Origin: Verrucomicrobiota bacterium
GTDB lineage: Bacteria > Verrucomicrobiota > Verrucomicrobiia > Limisphaerales > UBA9464
Direction: 5' to 3'
NCBI GenBank assembly: GCA_043755815.1
Contig: JAYUSF010000224.1
Span: 8,924-72,923 of the forward strand
DNA: 64,000 bases
The position numbers were made by a program, and so were the translations under genes. How positions within the stretch are numbered: position 1 is the stretch's first letter; each line of letters begins with the position of its first letter. Below the pieces are notes generated by a model. It was not told the DNA's origin. It saw only the letters and a program-made list of their open reading frames with translations, and ran no database searches. Shown here in pieces: positions 63,424-64,000 of the stretch.

Positions 63424-64000
63424 ATGAACCGTTCCCGCCTGCTTCCTGCGTCCATCTTCGCCGTCGCCTGCCTCTCCTTCGCCACCCACGCCGAAGTGGG
63501 AAAACCCCAGGAGGTCGCCCCTGGCGTCTGGTTCCATGAGGGCGACATCGCGCGCCGCGGCCATTGCAACAACGGCTGGATCGTCTTCCGCGACCAGGTG
63601 CTCGTCGTGGACGCAAACTTTCCTTCGGGCGCGCAGGACGTGTTGCCCAAGCTCCGCGCGCTCACCGACAAGCCGGTCCGTTTCGTCTTCGACACCCATC
63701 ACCACGGCGACCATGCCTATGGCAACCAGGTCTGGGCCGACGCCGGCGCCACCGTCGTCGCCCATGAGGGCGTGCTCGCCGAAATGAAGCGGTTCGAAAC
63801 CGGCTACTTCGGCGGTGCGCCGGGTTCCTGGGAAGACCTCGCCAAGAACCGGGAAGACGTCGCGAAGTCCAAGCTCCATCCGCCCACCCTCCTGTTCCTG
63901 CGCCAGCTCGTGATCGACGACGGCAACCTGCGCGTCGAGCTCCATCACTTCGGGGTGGCACACACGCGCGGCGACGGTTTCGCCTGGCTGCCGAACGAAC
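63424..64000 (+). CDS. MBL-fold metallo-hydrolase, secreted, 3'-truncated by window edge
   Basis: Not in the ORF track (no stop before the window end). My translation from ATG 63424 gives MNRSRLLPASIFAVACLSFATHAEVGKP...VLVVDANFP...RFVFDTHHHGDHAYGN (HxHxDH motif). Confidence 0.85.
   Translation, partial: MNRSRLLPASIFAVACLSFATHAEVGKPQEVAPGVWFHEGDIARRGHCNNGWIVFRDQVLVVDANFPSGAQDVLPKLRALTDKPVRFVFDTHHHGDHAYGNQVWADAGATVVAHEGVLAEMKRFETGYFGGAPGSWEDLAKNREDVAKSKLHPPTLLFLRQLVIDDGNLRVELHHFGVAHTRGDGFAWLPNE

Noticed and set aside
1-64000. Search for CRISPR arrays, tRNA/rRNA genes, transposases, integrases or phage genes.
   Set aside because: By eye I saw no regularly spaced direct repeats, no tRNA-like T-arm/acceptor combinations (the few TTCGAA-containing sites at about 7254, 10850 and 20221 lack matching stems), and no recombinase-like ORFs. 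tRNAscan-SE, Infernal and ISfinder would settle this.

Overview
Visibly G+C-rich chromosomal window with about 55 protein-coding genes. I found no rRNA, tRNA, CRISPR array, transposase or integrase. The gene content suggests a member of the PVC superphylum, probably Verrucomicrobiota (inference): a DUF1559 H-X9-DG pilin-like protein, PEP-CTERM/exosortase machinery, a giant delta-60/Calx-beta protein and C-terminal ...QFYRV modules. Housekeeping genes: GH13 amylase (partial), tig, dacB, panB, the rpsP-KH-trmD-rplS operon, miaB, folC, polX, kup, mlaEFD and sugE. Accessory blocks: (1) a PadR / HAAS-like VIT-PEP-CTERM sensor / small membrane protein operon (7339-10687), divergent from a cysE-like/GNAT/exosortase/EpsI/exosortase-EpsI-fusion/sugar-transferase/UDP-xylose-synthase operon (11014-18489). 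(2) A ~2200-aa delta-60/Calx-beta protein (26482-33081). (3) A PEP-CTERM protein / Cys-rich CWC+DUF5522 membrane fusion / DUF1559 operon (34609-37727). (4) A c-di-AMP (ydaO-type) riboswitch candidate ahead of a membrane-protein/kup operon (about 40661-40797). (5) A cyclopropane-fatty-acid-type cluster (56554-63365) interrupted by a PQQ propeller, a small ferredoxin-like gene and three unrelated palindromic elements, one of them in frame inside a methyltransferase gene. A 55-bp palindromic repeat family occurs three times, always just 3' of a gene. Many long antisense ORFs in the supplied track are treated as G+C-driven artefacts. Start codons are my best choice among in-frame candidates and are less certain than stop coordinates.
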